Part shown: piece by piece, positions 13,412-25,975 of the stretch | How the letters are laid out: every line of letters begins with the position of its first letter | How positions within the stretch are numbered: the stretch's first letter is position 1 | Source of the DNA: Ptychomitrium polyphyllum | Lineage: Eukaryota | NCBI GenBank assembly: GCA_973851085.1 | Contig: OZ316775.1 | Span: forward strand, 9,920,001 to 9,984,000 | Direction of reading: 5' to 3' | DNA: 64,000 nucleotides | Made by a program: the position numbers and the translations under genes | The notes under the pieces: generated by a model | The model's database searches: none | The model's input: the letters and a program-made list of their open reading frames with translations, nothing else | Told to the model about the DNA's origin: nothing

Positions 13412-14263
13412 AAAGACCATCGCTGCCATTGCGATCGTGTGGTGTTGGAACTGGGTGAGGAACTGGAATGCATATTCTATATCATTACTCACTTGTAACG
13501 ATGCCACATAAAGTTACCATTACACTCGTAAAAATTACTTGTTTAAACAAATCAATCAGCACTATAGCTACTTACCACGTGAATTATCTAAAAACTTTCA
13601 GTCGCTCCTAGTGTTTTGAAAGCTAATTTTGCTGTGTATTTGAGCTAATGCTCACACACCTTCGTAAAAACTTCTCATCCTTTTACCTCCGAGCCACAAA
13701 GTCCGTGTTTCCAGCATGGAGTTCATGTCATTTGACCTGAATGTACTCACAGAGAGCCTAACCACTAGCAACTAATTAACAGAGACACAGGGACTCGGCG
13801 ATAAAGAAGACGATTGATTTTAGAGCCAAAGCGGCCATCAGTTTGCAATTACAGAGATGCCACTATACGCACATACTCAAAGTCCTTGGCTGCAGGGAGG
13901 TACCACGAGTCGGGCACTCGATTGCATTTGCAGAGAAGCTGTCCACATATCACCAGGGGTTGTCCCGATTATTTGTGGTTAGACATCTTACGAAAGTCAA
14001 ACATCTTATGAAGCTACAAATGAAAACACCACCTCACTTCAGGAGTAGGAAGTAAAAAATAAGAATGATATTACTAAGGATATGATGATTATTTGAACAT
14101 TAGAACTCTGACGTCTGGGATTCTACTTCACAATTGTGAACACGATGACACAAATACCCTTGCCCTGGTGCCACAAACCTGTGAAATCCTGAACCTCGCA
14201 ACAATGTTACCATCTGGCGACTGCTTCCATCTTCACCCTCATAACCAGACTACTGCAGTCTAC

Positions 14264-15358
14264 TTATGTCTGATCTGGTTTCTGAAACTTCGCATGGACC
14301 CAAACACGTTTCATAGGAACTTGTTTCCGCCGGTTCATCAACTGCACACAGCAATACTCCAGCTCTCGCTCCACAAATCCCGCCTGAGTGAAAAGAGTTC
14401 TAACCGCTTTCAGAGAAAAAAAGTATGACAGTGTTCCATCTTCTCGTTGATACAGACAGCTAGAGATCCGTTGCCTCGGAGCAAACCGCAACATTGTCAT
14501 GTCATATAAACCATAATCTCGAAAAAGCAACAGACCTCCAGGTTTCAAAACTTCGAAGCACTCCGACAGGACATGCGCCATTTTCTCCACTGGAATTGCA
14601 GACAAAGTAAAAATCATCGTTACGATGTCTAGTCCTCCTATGCAACACCCTACAGAAGCATGCCCTGGAAGACTCCTTGACTCTGAAATACTCGTTGTAG
14701 CATCAGCTTGCTGATGGGATCCTATCCGGTCGTTGACTAGCAACTCTGTACCAATCTCCTGAAACTGACGATGTTTCCGACGACAAACCAAGCAGCAGAG
14801 GAAATCGGGGAGCTTACTAAGGGAAATGTCACAAAGAAAGGAGTAGAAACAGGAGGTTGAGAGATAACTTGCAGTATTCACGACTTCAGACGCTTTTTTT
14901 AACGCTGCAGCGCTACAGTCGCACGCATAAACAATAGCTTGCTTGTTTGCTCTAATAACAGGAACCACGGAACTGCCTGTGCCACATCCAACCTCCAGAA
15001 GAAAGAGAGGCTTATCAGCTTGAGAGAGGTCCGGAAACTCCTTCGTTAAATATCGCCGTTCTTTGAAAAAGAGATTTCGAGAATGACGCGTATGAAAAGT
15101 TTCCCATGCTGTAGACGTCGAAGGGGCCTCCTCTCTACACTCACAGGCGTTCAAATCCTCCTCTTCTGTCCGCAACGACGCCAGTGAAGCACGCCCCTTC
15201 AGACACGACAGCAAAGATTCCTGTGAATTCGCAATCGAATAATCACGATGGTCTAAATATCCAGGCATCCGCTCGACTTCATCGCGCAATGCCTCCCACT
15301 CAAAGTCCTGGCTGTAGTACGCTCCCGCGGACCACGCCTCGTCCTCGGCATTGTCCAT
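14264..15358 (-). CDS. METTL6/Trm140-like tRNA N3-methylcytidine methyltransferase, single coding exon
   Basis: WETFHTRHSRNLFFKERRYL, SAM motif LEVGCGTG, YACDCS, IFTLSAI, LKPGGLLLFRDYGLYDMTMLRF, YQREDGTLSYFF, MKRVWVHAKF; first ATG (MDNAED) at 15358. Confidence 0.92.
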   Translation of the reverse strand: MDNAEDEAWSAGAYYSQDFEWEALRDEVERMPGYLDHRDYSIANSQESLLSCLKGRASLASLRTEEEDLNACECREEAPSTSTAWETFHTRHSRNLFFKERRYLTKEFPDLSQADKPLFLLEVGCGTGSSVVPVIRANKQAIVYACDCSAAALKKASEVVNTASYLSTSCFYSFLCDISLSKLPDFLCCLVCRRKHRQFQEIGTELLVNDRIGSHQQADATTSISESRSLPGHASVGCCIGGLDIVTMIFTLSAIPVEKMAHVLSECFEVLKPGGLLLFRDYGLYDMTMLRFAPRQRISSCLYQREDGTLSYFFSLKAVRTLFTQAGFVERELEYCCVQLMNRRKQVPMKRVWVHAKFQKPDQT

Positions 15359-15679
15359 CAAAAAAAAAAAAACCCAAATCCCGCCACGTCCAATCCTCCG
15401 TCTTGCTGAAGACAACTACGCTCACAATGAACAGGAAAGTTATGCAAAAACTTTAAAATGTCTACAATCCAAAGAGCTTCAACAGGAACCTTAAACCCTA
15501 AACCCTAATCCAACACATTGTCCATCAAAAGCTACATAATTCCAAATCCCGTCACTTACAAGACTACTGCGCTGTTCCTGAAAAGGAAAAAGTTATGCAA
15601 ACAAAAACAGTTCGCTACAGAACAAGAGGCATTTCTTCAACAAGCTTCAAGATCCTAAAATTCTAAAACCTAAACCCTA
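15349..15679. repeat. Diverged tandem duplication of about 165 bp (15349-15510 and 15516-15679), each copy ending in telomere-type AAACCCT units
   Basis: Shared blocks in the same order: CATTGTCCATCAAAA, CCAAATCCCG, AGGAAA(A)GTTATGCAAA, CTTCAACA, TAAACCCTA. Confidence 0.8.
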
Positions 15680-17178
15680 CGTGTCTTGCATCTGCTACGA
15701 ACGATGTGGAAAGCTTAAACGAAATACAGCATTCGCATTGCTCGGACTCGGATTCTGCAGCCATAGCCAAGAATCACACGCAGACGATTCCCTTGGTTCA
15801 CTCCCACGTCGAGACCCTGAGGGATGCCGGTATGTTCTCGGGTATATCGTACTTGATATCATCATCATGCCGCCGGGTACGTAAAATATCGATGAATGTA
15901 GAAGGATGATGACTTCCGAGGAAGGGACGTGGGAAGGAGCCTCCGACAAAATGCCGACAAAAGGCGGGAAACTATACGATACCTCATCCGAAATCTGGGA
16001 ACGATAGAGCGCGGTTGGAGAACAAGTTCTTTCTGTTGTGGATCACGTAATTCGAAAACGGTGACCTTATTCCGACAGTAAATAAAGGAGGTAAAGAAGA
16101 TCCAGGCTGAGTAAATAAGATTCCTTTAGATTTTACCTTTTTTATTTTTAAATTTTTGCAGAAGAGATGAATCACAATATTTGTACATACTAAGGTTTCA
16201 TTGAATGAATATGGTACAACTATAGTATTTATATTATGCACCTATTCTCAGGCAATTAAAGGAAATAAAATTTCAAACATATATTGAATGAAACTCTTGG
16301 AATCAGGTGATATAAAGATACAATAGTCAATTTTTTTTTATAACATTCTTAAATTAATTGAAGAAATAATACTATGTTTAGGAATCTTAAATAAAACAAA
16401 TTGTTTTTTAGTATTTAAAAAAATATATTATTCAAATAATATACATGTGTAAGATACACATGAATAAGCAACTATTGCATGATTCAAATATCCACATGCT
16501 TATCATTCTTCATAAAAAATATTCACAATGTACCTTTGCAGAGAAAATATTACAAATTACATTGATTCAAGAATCAAAATGTTTTTTTTCAAATCATTCT
16601 TCAATTAAATTTGGAATGAAGAACAGATATAAATTTCAAGAATGTACTTAACATTCTTCCATAATTCACCTAAATATCTATTTTTAGAAAAATAAGATCA
16701 TCATCAAAAAGTATAATATTTTTGTGAAAAGTACCTTTTTAAAGATTGACAAACTTTATATTTCAAATCATTAAACTAGTCTCATGGCATCATACATGCA
16801 TTTGCTACATATCCTTGTTATTGTTTATTATTGAGTATCCAATAAGTGAGATGAAGGTAAATTGCTTCAACTAATTCAAGAATGCTATGTCCTAATTTAA
16901 ACACCAAAACCTTGAGCAAGTCCTAAATGTACCTTCATTACACTCTTAAAAGATTGGCTCCTCAGAATTAGGATGCAGTTCCCAGTGAATTACTCCACAA
17001 GGCTCCCTGGTGGAGCGAACGCGGAGTCATCAACACGAAGAACGAGGGGAGCGAGGGGGAACGCGGTGCGCGGATGGGACGTGGGATGGGACGTGGAATG
17101 CGCATCACGCAAGCGGAGGCGGAGAGCCTTTAAAAGCAAGTCGTCTCTCTCGCCCAATGCTGTTTTTCGAGCGCAGCC

Positions 17179-20056
17179 ATGGCGGCCTTGTTGCCGGACT
17201 GGCTGCGAGCGTGGTTCCATCCCGCGGACCTCGTGGAGTCTCGGAAACTAGTGGCGAGCCTCAAATTGCCTGTCTCTACGGCGCAGTTCGTGCTGGCATT
17301 GCGGCCTAAGGACTCTGAGTCTATTGTCTACCTCCTCTCGAGCTTGTATTTCTCGGAGAAGGCTGTGGCGGATGTTAGGGAACTAGTCGCTGCGACGAAG
17401 CCGAAGGCTGTGGTGGCGCTCGTGGATTTGGAGGCGATAGAGTCGTTTCGGGAGGAGGAGAAATTGGCAGCGAAGGAGGGGGAACCGTTCGCGGTGCCGA
17501 CTTCGTTTCTGGGCGTGATTCAGGAGAATATAGAGCGGGATCCTAACGTTGTGCCGTACAGTAGTCGGGCGCGGATAGAGCTTGCGAGGTCGATTTTCGG
17601 GGCGGGTGCGTATGGGGATGTCTTGGAAGCGAAGGAATCAGCGGCGAAGGTGAATGCTTCGTTTCGGTATATTGACTTCCCTTACCGATCTTCTGGTCAT
17701 CTTGACGATCCTAGAGCGAATGAGGATGAGGGAGCCGCGGGTGCAGCTGAAAGGTCCAGTGGAGAATTGTCTGGTCAGAATTTTCTGGCCGCTGGTGATT
17801 TGCAGACTGGCGCTGTGAATTACGCAGCAACAAGGCGTGCAACGCAGGGGTTGAGAAGCTTTGCGACGAAAACTCCGTTTGATGAATTGCGGCAGTGGAG
17901 GGAGTCGTCCAGTGTGGCTCTTGCACAAATGTTCGATCAGAAAAGAAGCTCGTCTGTCGCGCCACCCTCCGGGGATAGGTTAGTCTGTCACGATCGTCCG
18001 TTTCAGTGGAGTAACATATGGGGTTTTGAATTGGGAGCTGCCGATGTTTTCTTCGCATTTCTATTGATTGCAGCATGAGGGAAATGTTTTTGGTTATACC
18101 GAGTAAGATACACTATCAAATTTGAGCAGAAATGAGAGCACAATCATTGTTCATTGATCATTGAACAACCATTTGTTCGTAGAGTTTTGAACTGTAAAAT
18201 CTGTGGACGAATTTCGATTCTTGTAGTTTAAATATCTTTTCAGATAGTTACCCACTAAGAGATAGGAGTTTATTTCAGTAGGGTTTAGACGAACCGTATT
18301 TGCTGCACAGTATGTGATCAAGAGAGCTTAATCCATTTAGACAAGAGGTAATTATCGTTGATGTCGCTGGTATGGAACAAGTAGATTACGCCAATGCCGT
18401 GATAGTGGGCCTTTAACTAAACGAGTAAACCTTCAATTGGAAAGATGGCTCTTAGTTCTGACTCTGTGGTAAGCAGAGTTCTTCCTGCAGTGTTTATTGC
18501 AGAATCGATCTTCTTGAACAAACAAGGACGTGTAGAATAAGTAGAATCATTAAGTAGTTAAGTTCGCTATGTTCTCAGTTTCTGATTTTCTCAATACCAC
18601 ATGCTTTCTGAACACTGAAGAGAAATCTAAAGCCCTTGCCTCTTCGTGTTGGCAGCACCGAAGCTTTAGGAGCCCCTCCGAAAGATCATGTTCCCGAGTT
18701 TGGACTTCCTTTCCTTGATCTCTTTGGAGCACTTTACGAATTATATCGAACGCCAGCACTTGGTCAAGCGTTTTTGCATGCAATGAAGGTGTTCCAAGAC
18801 GTGGAAATGGGTCAAGAGGTCAACCCTAGTGACCTTACAGAGGCATGTAGGTATCGGGTTGCTTTGGAGATGTCCCGGGTGCGAATGAACGATTCCATTT
18901 TAGCATCTGCTGGCAAGGTATATCTACAAGTTCTGTGTCGGGAGTTACATCTTCTTTTCCCTGTGACTTTGTTTTGTTGACTATTCGAATCTTAAGACTT
19001 GCTGTGTTTTAATTTCACCGCTTGTTCTCTTTTTCTTCCTTACTTCCTGCTATTTGTCCTAGTTTGGCTTTGGGACATCAGATTCCTACCTTTCTCTCAC
19101 TGTCATATACTTGGCCCACTGGCTAGGTACCAATTCGATCTGCCGCCGAGTTTCACAATCTCCCATATGAGGAGAAGTGCCACGCACTTTTAGCCCAGTC
19201 CTTACAAAAGGAGGCACGAGAACATGGAACAGTAGTGGCAGTTGTAGATGTGAACCGCATTTCTGGAATTCGCCAGCAATGGAACCAGCAAATCTCAGAG
19301 GATTTCATTCCTCTTGTTGATGAGTGCTACATTTCCACGGATGAAGTTGAGGAAGTGAGCCTTTTTGAAACATTATTTTCAACTAGAACGATGGAACCCA
19401 ATCATCCAGAAGCGAGTCAAGAGAAGAAAGCTGCTGTTGTTGTTGGTGCAGGTGCAGCTGCTGCAGTTGGCCTAGCGTATTTACCTAACTGGGCTGCTCC
19501 GCTAACTCCAATTATTAAGGTTGCTTCTGCAAAGGCTACTACACTGCTCAAGATTGGTTTCTTGAACAGTAAGCGTGCCCTAGCTCTTACAGTTGCTAAG
19601 GGAATTCCTGGTGCCTCAAATGTTGTTCTTCCAATAAAAGCCTCAGCTGCAAAATCTGCCTCTGCATCAGCTGTAAAAGCTGCAATTACTGCCGAAAAAG
19701 CTCAAGCCGCTGCACAGGGACTCGTATCAGGGTTGCAAAGGCAAACGTTTAACGCAATTCGCACAAGTTTCTATAGTGCTATGAGAGGGGTTCAAAATAA
19801 GCAATTCAAACGAAGCGCTTGGGTTTTATTTGGGGGTAGTGTGGTGGCAGGGTCTGGCATGTTATTGTATGGGGAGGAGGTAGAGAGGACTCTTGGGTCT
19901 GTTGCTTATGCTCCAACTGTGGCCAAACTTGGACGTGGTTTACAGTCTCTATCCGAGGCGTCACACCTGGTTGGCCTGAACTGGGATATGGTTTACGATG
20001 AGGTGTATAATTTTGAGAAGAGTTTTGTCACGAGGCTGAAAAAAAAAATTGGTTAG
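17179..20056 (+). CDS. Conserved uncharacterised plant protein with Ala-rich/hydrophobic C-terminal segments; exons about 17179-17978, 18656-18917, 19127-20056
   Basis: Three long ORF blocks join in frame through GT-AG sites (AG|gttagt to ttggcag|C; AAG|gtatat to ctag|GTA). Function not recognised. Confidence 0.85.
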
Positions 20057-21021
20057 AACCAAGACCACCAGCAGGCTGTAAGAACTGTTTGAACCTTGGA
20101 TATTGCTGGATGTGATGTCTTCTTTACGAAGTGTTCAATTGGAAGCTGAAGCTGTTGCAACTCGTAATGATGCATCCCATGACAAGGACAGGCCGATCCT
20201 TGGTTGATCTCATTTACTGTACGTTATTTCTACAGACTTCTCGAATTTACTGAGATCAATGTCCATCTTTTGATATTCCAGTGGGAGGACGATGTTACAT
20301 ATTACAAGCAAGGCTGGATGTGCATTAACCTCCGGTTATTACAAGTTGGTTCAGTTCTCCTCCTGCTAGCTGATCAATGACCATGAAACGGTGGTCCTGA
20401 CTTCAGCAACTGAAACCAAATGCTGGCTTTCTACCTGGTTTGCATACAGATTAGTAGGATGTGATTGCACAGCAATTCAGTAGCTGCGGTAAGTAACAAT
20501 TTTTTGATCCTAGTAGCACTTCTTCTGGGATTTGAGTGCATAATGCCGCACATCAAACAGAGCAGGCAGACTGGAATCTAGAGTAGGTGTAAATAAGTTG
20601 GGTACTTGAACTCTTTCTATTGATTTTCTGCTATCCATACTGAGTCGAACTATTGGATCAACTAGTCTGCACATGCAAGAAGTCTCTACTCGAATCCTGT
20701 GGATGTATACACACTCAGATGTGATTGGCAAAATTTCCTGTATTAGTTGTCTACAAAATGTTTTTACGAGAGCCATACTGCTTATCAAGCACCCTCTCGT
20801 TTACAAATTTTCTGCTTGTGCAATTTCAGACTTGTTAGTGAGTTATTATGCAGGCTGCATCTAAAGTCATCAATACCTTTATACAATACCTTTTATTCTA
20901 CACCAATCAGTGCTTCAGCTAACAGTAAAAAAACTGCCACCCAACAGCCTATGACCACCACTACATGGGGGGCACGACTACCAATTAATGCTATTATATA
21001 TAATATGATCATGACTTGCAT

Positions 21022-22330
21022 ATTTTTGCAGTAGAATTCGACCCTACTCAGAATCCTGAGTTCTTAGACCCAGCTGAAGGCTACCACGTCGGACTGGACA
21101 TCAACAGCATGAATCCCACTTCATGGACATTCCAAGGTTCAGCAGATCGCAGTCAATTTTGGTGGTATGGATAGATTTTCATGTATAGATTATAATGGCT
21201 CATCGCAGCTGCTGAATGTCACCACATTGACATCACGGATAACACAGATTAATGTGCTGTACTCGACGAGGAGCGTCCACCTCCGAGAAGAGTTACTGCT
21301 GCTGTACGATTACAGGCCCCAAGGCAGCCTAGACAAGCTTCTGTTTGGCAATCATATCATTCCAGAGAAGATACCAACTGTTCCAGATCAAGGTCAGGAC
21401 GAAATTTCTCTCACTAACAACAATACAGTCGTTAAAAATGCAGTTGTCAAATTTCCTTGGGTGATAAGGTGGGCCAACAAGTTCCGAATCTAAAATTTAA
21501 TTACAGGTTAGGTTTATGTGGCATATTCCACTTCGAAAAATGACATAACCGTGAGAAGTTGGTAGTCTCACTCCCTTTTGTCTACCTTGTCAATGTTGCA
21601 CTTTTCAGCTACTTGACGTCCATAATCACGAGTTCTTTTTGTGTGGCCATTGGTATGTAAGTTCAAGGACATTAAAGATGTAGCAATAGCACTTATGTAT
21701 CTGCACACAGAGTGCGAAGAACGTGTTATCAATCGAGATGTGAAAGCAGCCAATGTGTTGCTGGATGCCAAGGTCAATGCGCGCTTTAGAGAGACTTGGT
21801 TTGGTACTGCCTTAGAACCACAGCTTGCTGCACCCATACACACCAATGTGGTCGGCATCTTCGATTACTTGGCCACTGAACTGTTCCACACAGGTGACCC
21901 AGCTTCTCTCTCTTAACTTATGCAGCTTGTTTGGATAAAGGATAGAAGGGTGTAATATAGTCTCTCAATTTATTTTACGTGGACTAATTCAATTCTGTTT
22001 GACTTGAGGCATTCCAATGTGGATGGCAGGCAAGCAAGTAGATGGATGAGCACAGCTTCGAAGCATTCCTTTTGGAAGTGGCCTGCGGACGGAAACCCAT
22101 CGACTACAAGACGATGGTCTGGTGGTGCTTGTAGATCTTATTGAAGATGTGGGAACATCTGCAGGTTCTAGACACAGCGGACCCACATCATGCTGGGATG
22201 TATGACAACGACGAGATGATGAAGGTGCTGTATCTGGGGCTGCTGTGCTCACTCCAGTCGTGTCATGAGGCCTTCCATGCTTCAAGTGCTTGTCATTCTT
22301 AATGGCGACATAAATCTGCCCCACGTGATT
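21022..22330 (+). pseudogene. L-type (legume) lectin receptor-like kinase pseudogene
   Basis: Lectin motifs FAVEFDPTQNPEFLDP..YHVGLDINSM and IDYNGSSQLLNVT, then kinase fragments LLLLYDYRPQGSLDKLLF, DVAIALMYLHTECEERVINRDVKAANVLLD, VVGIFDYLATELFHTG, ACGRKPID, EMMKVLYLGLLCS, RPSMLQVLVILNGD. Frameshifts, stops, no DFG, TM and kinase N-lobe missing. Confidence 0.88.
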
Positions 22331-22697
22331 ACATCGAAACTCAAGAGTCCAGAGAACTCTAACACAAGACCTTTCGTGGAGCGGTACAACTTCTGACTCT
22401 TCATGTTCCGCATTCACAATTACAGGAAATGCAGGTGAATTATCTGGTTATGGGGTTTAGTCTGTTTGTCTCATGCATCAAACCTTTTCTTTCTACAAGA
22501 CGTATTCCAATGGTTGTAACAAGAGTTGATGTAGAAATGTTCATAGGGTTGCAGCTCAAGTTGAACAACAAATTGCTGTAAAAATTGAGATTTCTGGAAC
22601 AATATTCATATGTAACTAAATAATTTGTCACTATCAACTAAGTTAGACATGTTTATATAGTGTATATACATAAGTGATACTCTCTAGGTCGATCTGT

Positions 22698-25600
22698 TTA
22701 TTGAGGATTCGGAGGTCGACTATTAGCGGTTGCAACACGAGATCCCCACTCAAGTAACTCCTTGCTGGTATCATCCTTGTGAAGTATGACCTCGATAAAG
22801 CAAAGACTGTCTTTCTTTGCATGAGTCGTAGCAATTGCCTCCTCAAGCTCCTCCTCTGTTCGCACCTACACAACCATGAAAAATTGTTCTTCTGGATGAG
22901 AACATACATTAATCTTCTACTTGTTTGTTGCACAGAACTCCAAGGGTTATCTCAATAATTTCACATGAGACTATACACTATTTTGATAGTTTGTCTTTAA
23001 GTGCCAAAATCTATGATATAAGTTCATAAAGAAACTACCAAACTCTTATTTTAAAGCTTTGGTGGACAAGCATCCGACTTACCTTGCAAGTCCATAAGTT
23101 GCCTTCGCCATTAGCAAAAGCTTCCACCAATGCAGTGTAGTTCCAGTTCTTGATGACGTTATATGGGCCATCGTGAATCTCAACTTCAATGGTGTAACCA
23201 CCGTTATTGAGCAAGAAGATGATGGTCTTCTGGCGGTTGCGAATCATTGTTGACACGTCTTGTGCTGTCACCTGGACAATGCAAAAATCAATTCTTCAGA
23301 CCCTATGCTTACAAAGGTTATTCCGCACACTGGCACCAAAACCACTGTTAATCAACATACTACCAAATGTGGCCGGTTCGAAAGATTCTGCCCAAGACAT
23401 CGTTACAAAACAGACGTATGCATCTTATGTTCACAAGAGAAATCGGTTTACGTAACACGATACAATGGAGTAGAGTTTTTGATGAGCTCCTTGGTTCAAT
23501 CGACAAACAATGCAACAGCGTAATGTGCAAGAGAAAAGTGTCGTACTTGAAAACTCCCATCACCAATACATGCTATCACGCGCCTCTCCTTGTTGGTACC
23601 TTGAGCATAGCCCAAAGTAGCTCCCACTGCCCAGCCAATTGAACCATATTGCATCTGGAATTCATAAGTGCAACCTTCGGGTAGCTTGAGCTTCTGGCAA
23701 TTGAACCATGCGTCTCCCGTCTCAGCTATAACAGCCGTGTCTTTAGTTAACATCCCCTGCAGAAGAACCAATGGTAACCTCAGATTAGAAAGAGACAAAG
23801 TTCTCGACAAACTCGAGATTCCCAATGATATAAATACTATATCATGAAAATTGGTCTAATATGGCAGCCATTGTGACTTTGTTCCGAGGGGATAACGGGA
23901 AGATGATAGCACCTGAATGTGCTTGAAGAGGTTGACAGTTCTGAGCGGCTGGCCTGGCTTTTGCTTCAGAGGAACGCTAGGAGGTACGTACATGCGCGAA
24001 AAATTGTCAAACGAAGTTGTGTTCTTCTTCACCTTCATTGCAAGAGCTTCCAGAAAGTCCTTCATCAGCACACAACTAAAGGACGGCCCATTTCCGATCT
24101 CCACTCGATCGAACTGCAAGGAGATCATGTTCTCCTTCTTGATGAGCAACGAGTATCCTACAGAGCTGCAACAATTTCAAAACTCGGTGACTCCACCTCC
24201 AAGTTTCAACATCTATATACAATTAAAATTTGCAACAGTCTTGTAACAGTAGTTCAAGGCCTCGAGGGGTGTCATCCACCTTTACTAACCTATAATCGTT
24301 GAAAACTGGTCCAGCAAACAGATACTTATCCGCAGATTCGACAATTTCAGCTGTATACATCGAGCTTACAGCACCCCAGTAAGTGCCAATAAAATTTGGG
24401 TGAGTCTCTGCGAAGAAACCCTTCGCTGAAGGCATAACCGCCACTGCATATCCAGACGCCGTAGCTAACTCCTCAAAAGCTTCAGTTGCTTTCGAAACAC
24501 GAAGTTTGGGGCCAGCTATAAGTACGGGTTTGACACTTCCATTCAAGAGCTTACTAACTGCATCTACAGCAGCCTCAAGACTTAACGGATTGGTCGTCAG
24601 TTTTCCAATTCCATAGAGCCTGAACACGTTACATGCCACCAATTCAGTGACAGTGCATTTGCACCTTGTGGAAACATATGCTCAGTGACTGTTCATCAAA
24701 ACTTCTAAATGCACAAACTCATGCGTACATATTGACTGTCTCTCAGAAAGTATGAAATAAACCATCAATTAGTGAGAGATGTAATACTTTCTGGGGTTGG
24801 GACCCTGAGTCATGGAATACGGAAGAGGAACAGCTCTGAAGGATGGATGCGGAATAGCGGGCAGGTTGCAGCTGACACTGATGTACACAGGCTTGCTTTT
24901 TGCAATCGCAGTGGAAATTGCTCTGTCAACGAGCTCGTGCGCGTCATCCAAAGATTGTATCACCACCTTTCGTTCAATAGTCACAACAATATTAATTCAC
25001 TACGATACTTGTGCAAAAGTAAGCATAAAAGACCTACGGCTTCAAGATATCATCCTAATTTGATATTATGCATCGGCTGCGCACTGAACTCTCCGACCTA
25101 AATACAGGTTAAAACGAGGATTTTCAAAGGAGAACAGCATGCGCAAGTTCATTGTAGAGATGCGAATACTACTGATCTACCCCAAAACAATCATTACGGC
25201 AAACTTAAAATCAGATAAATACTATCCTTTTAACATAAACCGAATAAGAAGAATCTAAACTTGAACAACCAGGCATAAAGTTTCATTCTAAAGAGCGAAC
25301 TACTTGAAACAACATACAAAGCATATCAATTATTTACGAAGAAATCTCTCCCCTCGCTCATCCAGCCCACTTGAACACAATGCTATATTTCCTCATTATT
25401 TATACTTTTGCTGGATGCTTTATTCCCGAGTGTTCCTTGTAGATACGAAATCGGGCTGTGTTTTCTAGCCTGGCAACCATATGTTTCAAAATGTTTAAAA
25501 AAACAACACCCATAACTTGGCCAGAGCATACCTGGGCACAAGTGATTTGTTGAAAACACCGCATCTCCTGCCCAAAGTCCGGATCTCCGATCGTGTGATG

Positions 25601-25975
25601 AAGGATTCGGTTCGTACCGTAATCATTAGAGTTCGGCCCACCAACAATGCAAATCACAGGAAGATTTTCACTGTATGCGCCAGCGATGGCATTGATCACA
25701 CTTAAACCCCCCACGGTAAATGTAACAGCGCAGGCCCCAACGCCATTGGCGCGAGCATACCCATCAGCAGCGTAACCCGCATTCAACTCATTGCAACACC
25801 CAACGAGCTCAAGGCCAGGCTCTGCAAGCAAATGGTCGAGCAGTATGAGATTGAAGTCGCCGGGCACCGTGAAAACGTCGCGAACACCAACTTCCACCAG
25901 TCGGGAGGCAATGTAGCGCCCTAGAGTCTTGGGACCGTCTGACAGAACCTCCTGCGCTTTGCTTGACCCACCCAT
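22698..25975 (-). CDS. PDC: Pyruvate decarboxylase; exons 25975-25532, 24966-24788, 24619-24290, 24165-23913, 23756-23547, 23271-23083, 22865-22698
   Basis: [59 protein letters not shown] motif GDGSFQ...NNGGYTIE, C-terminus [25 protein letters not shown]. Confidence 0.97.
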
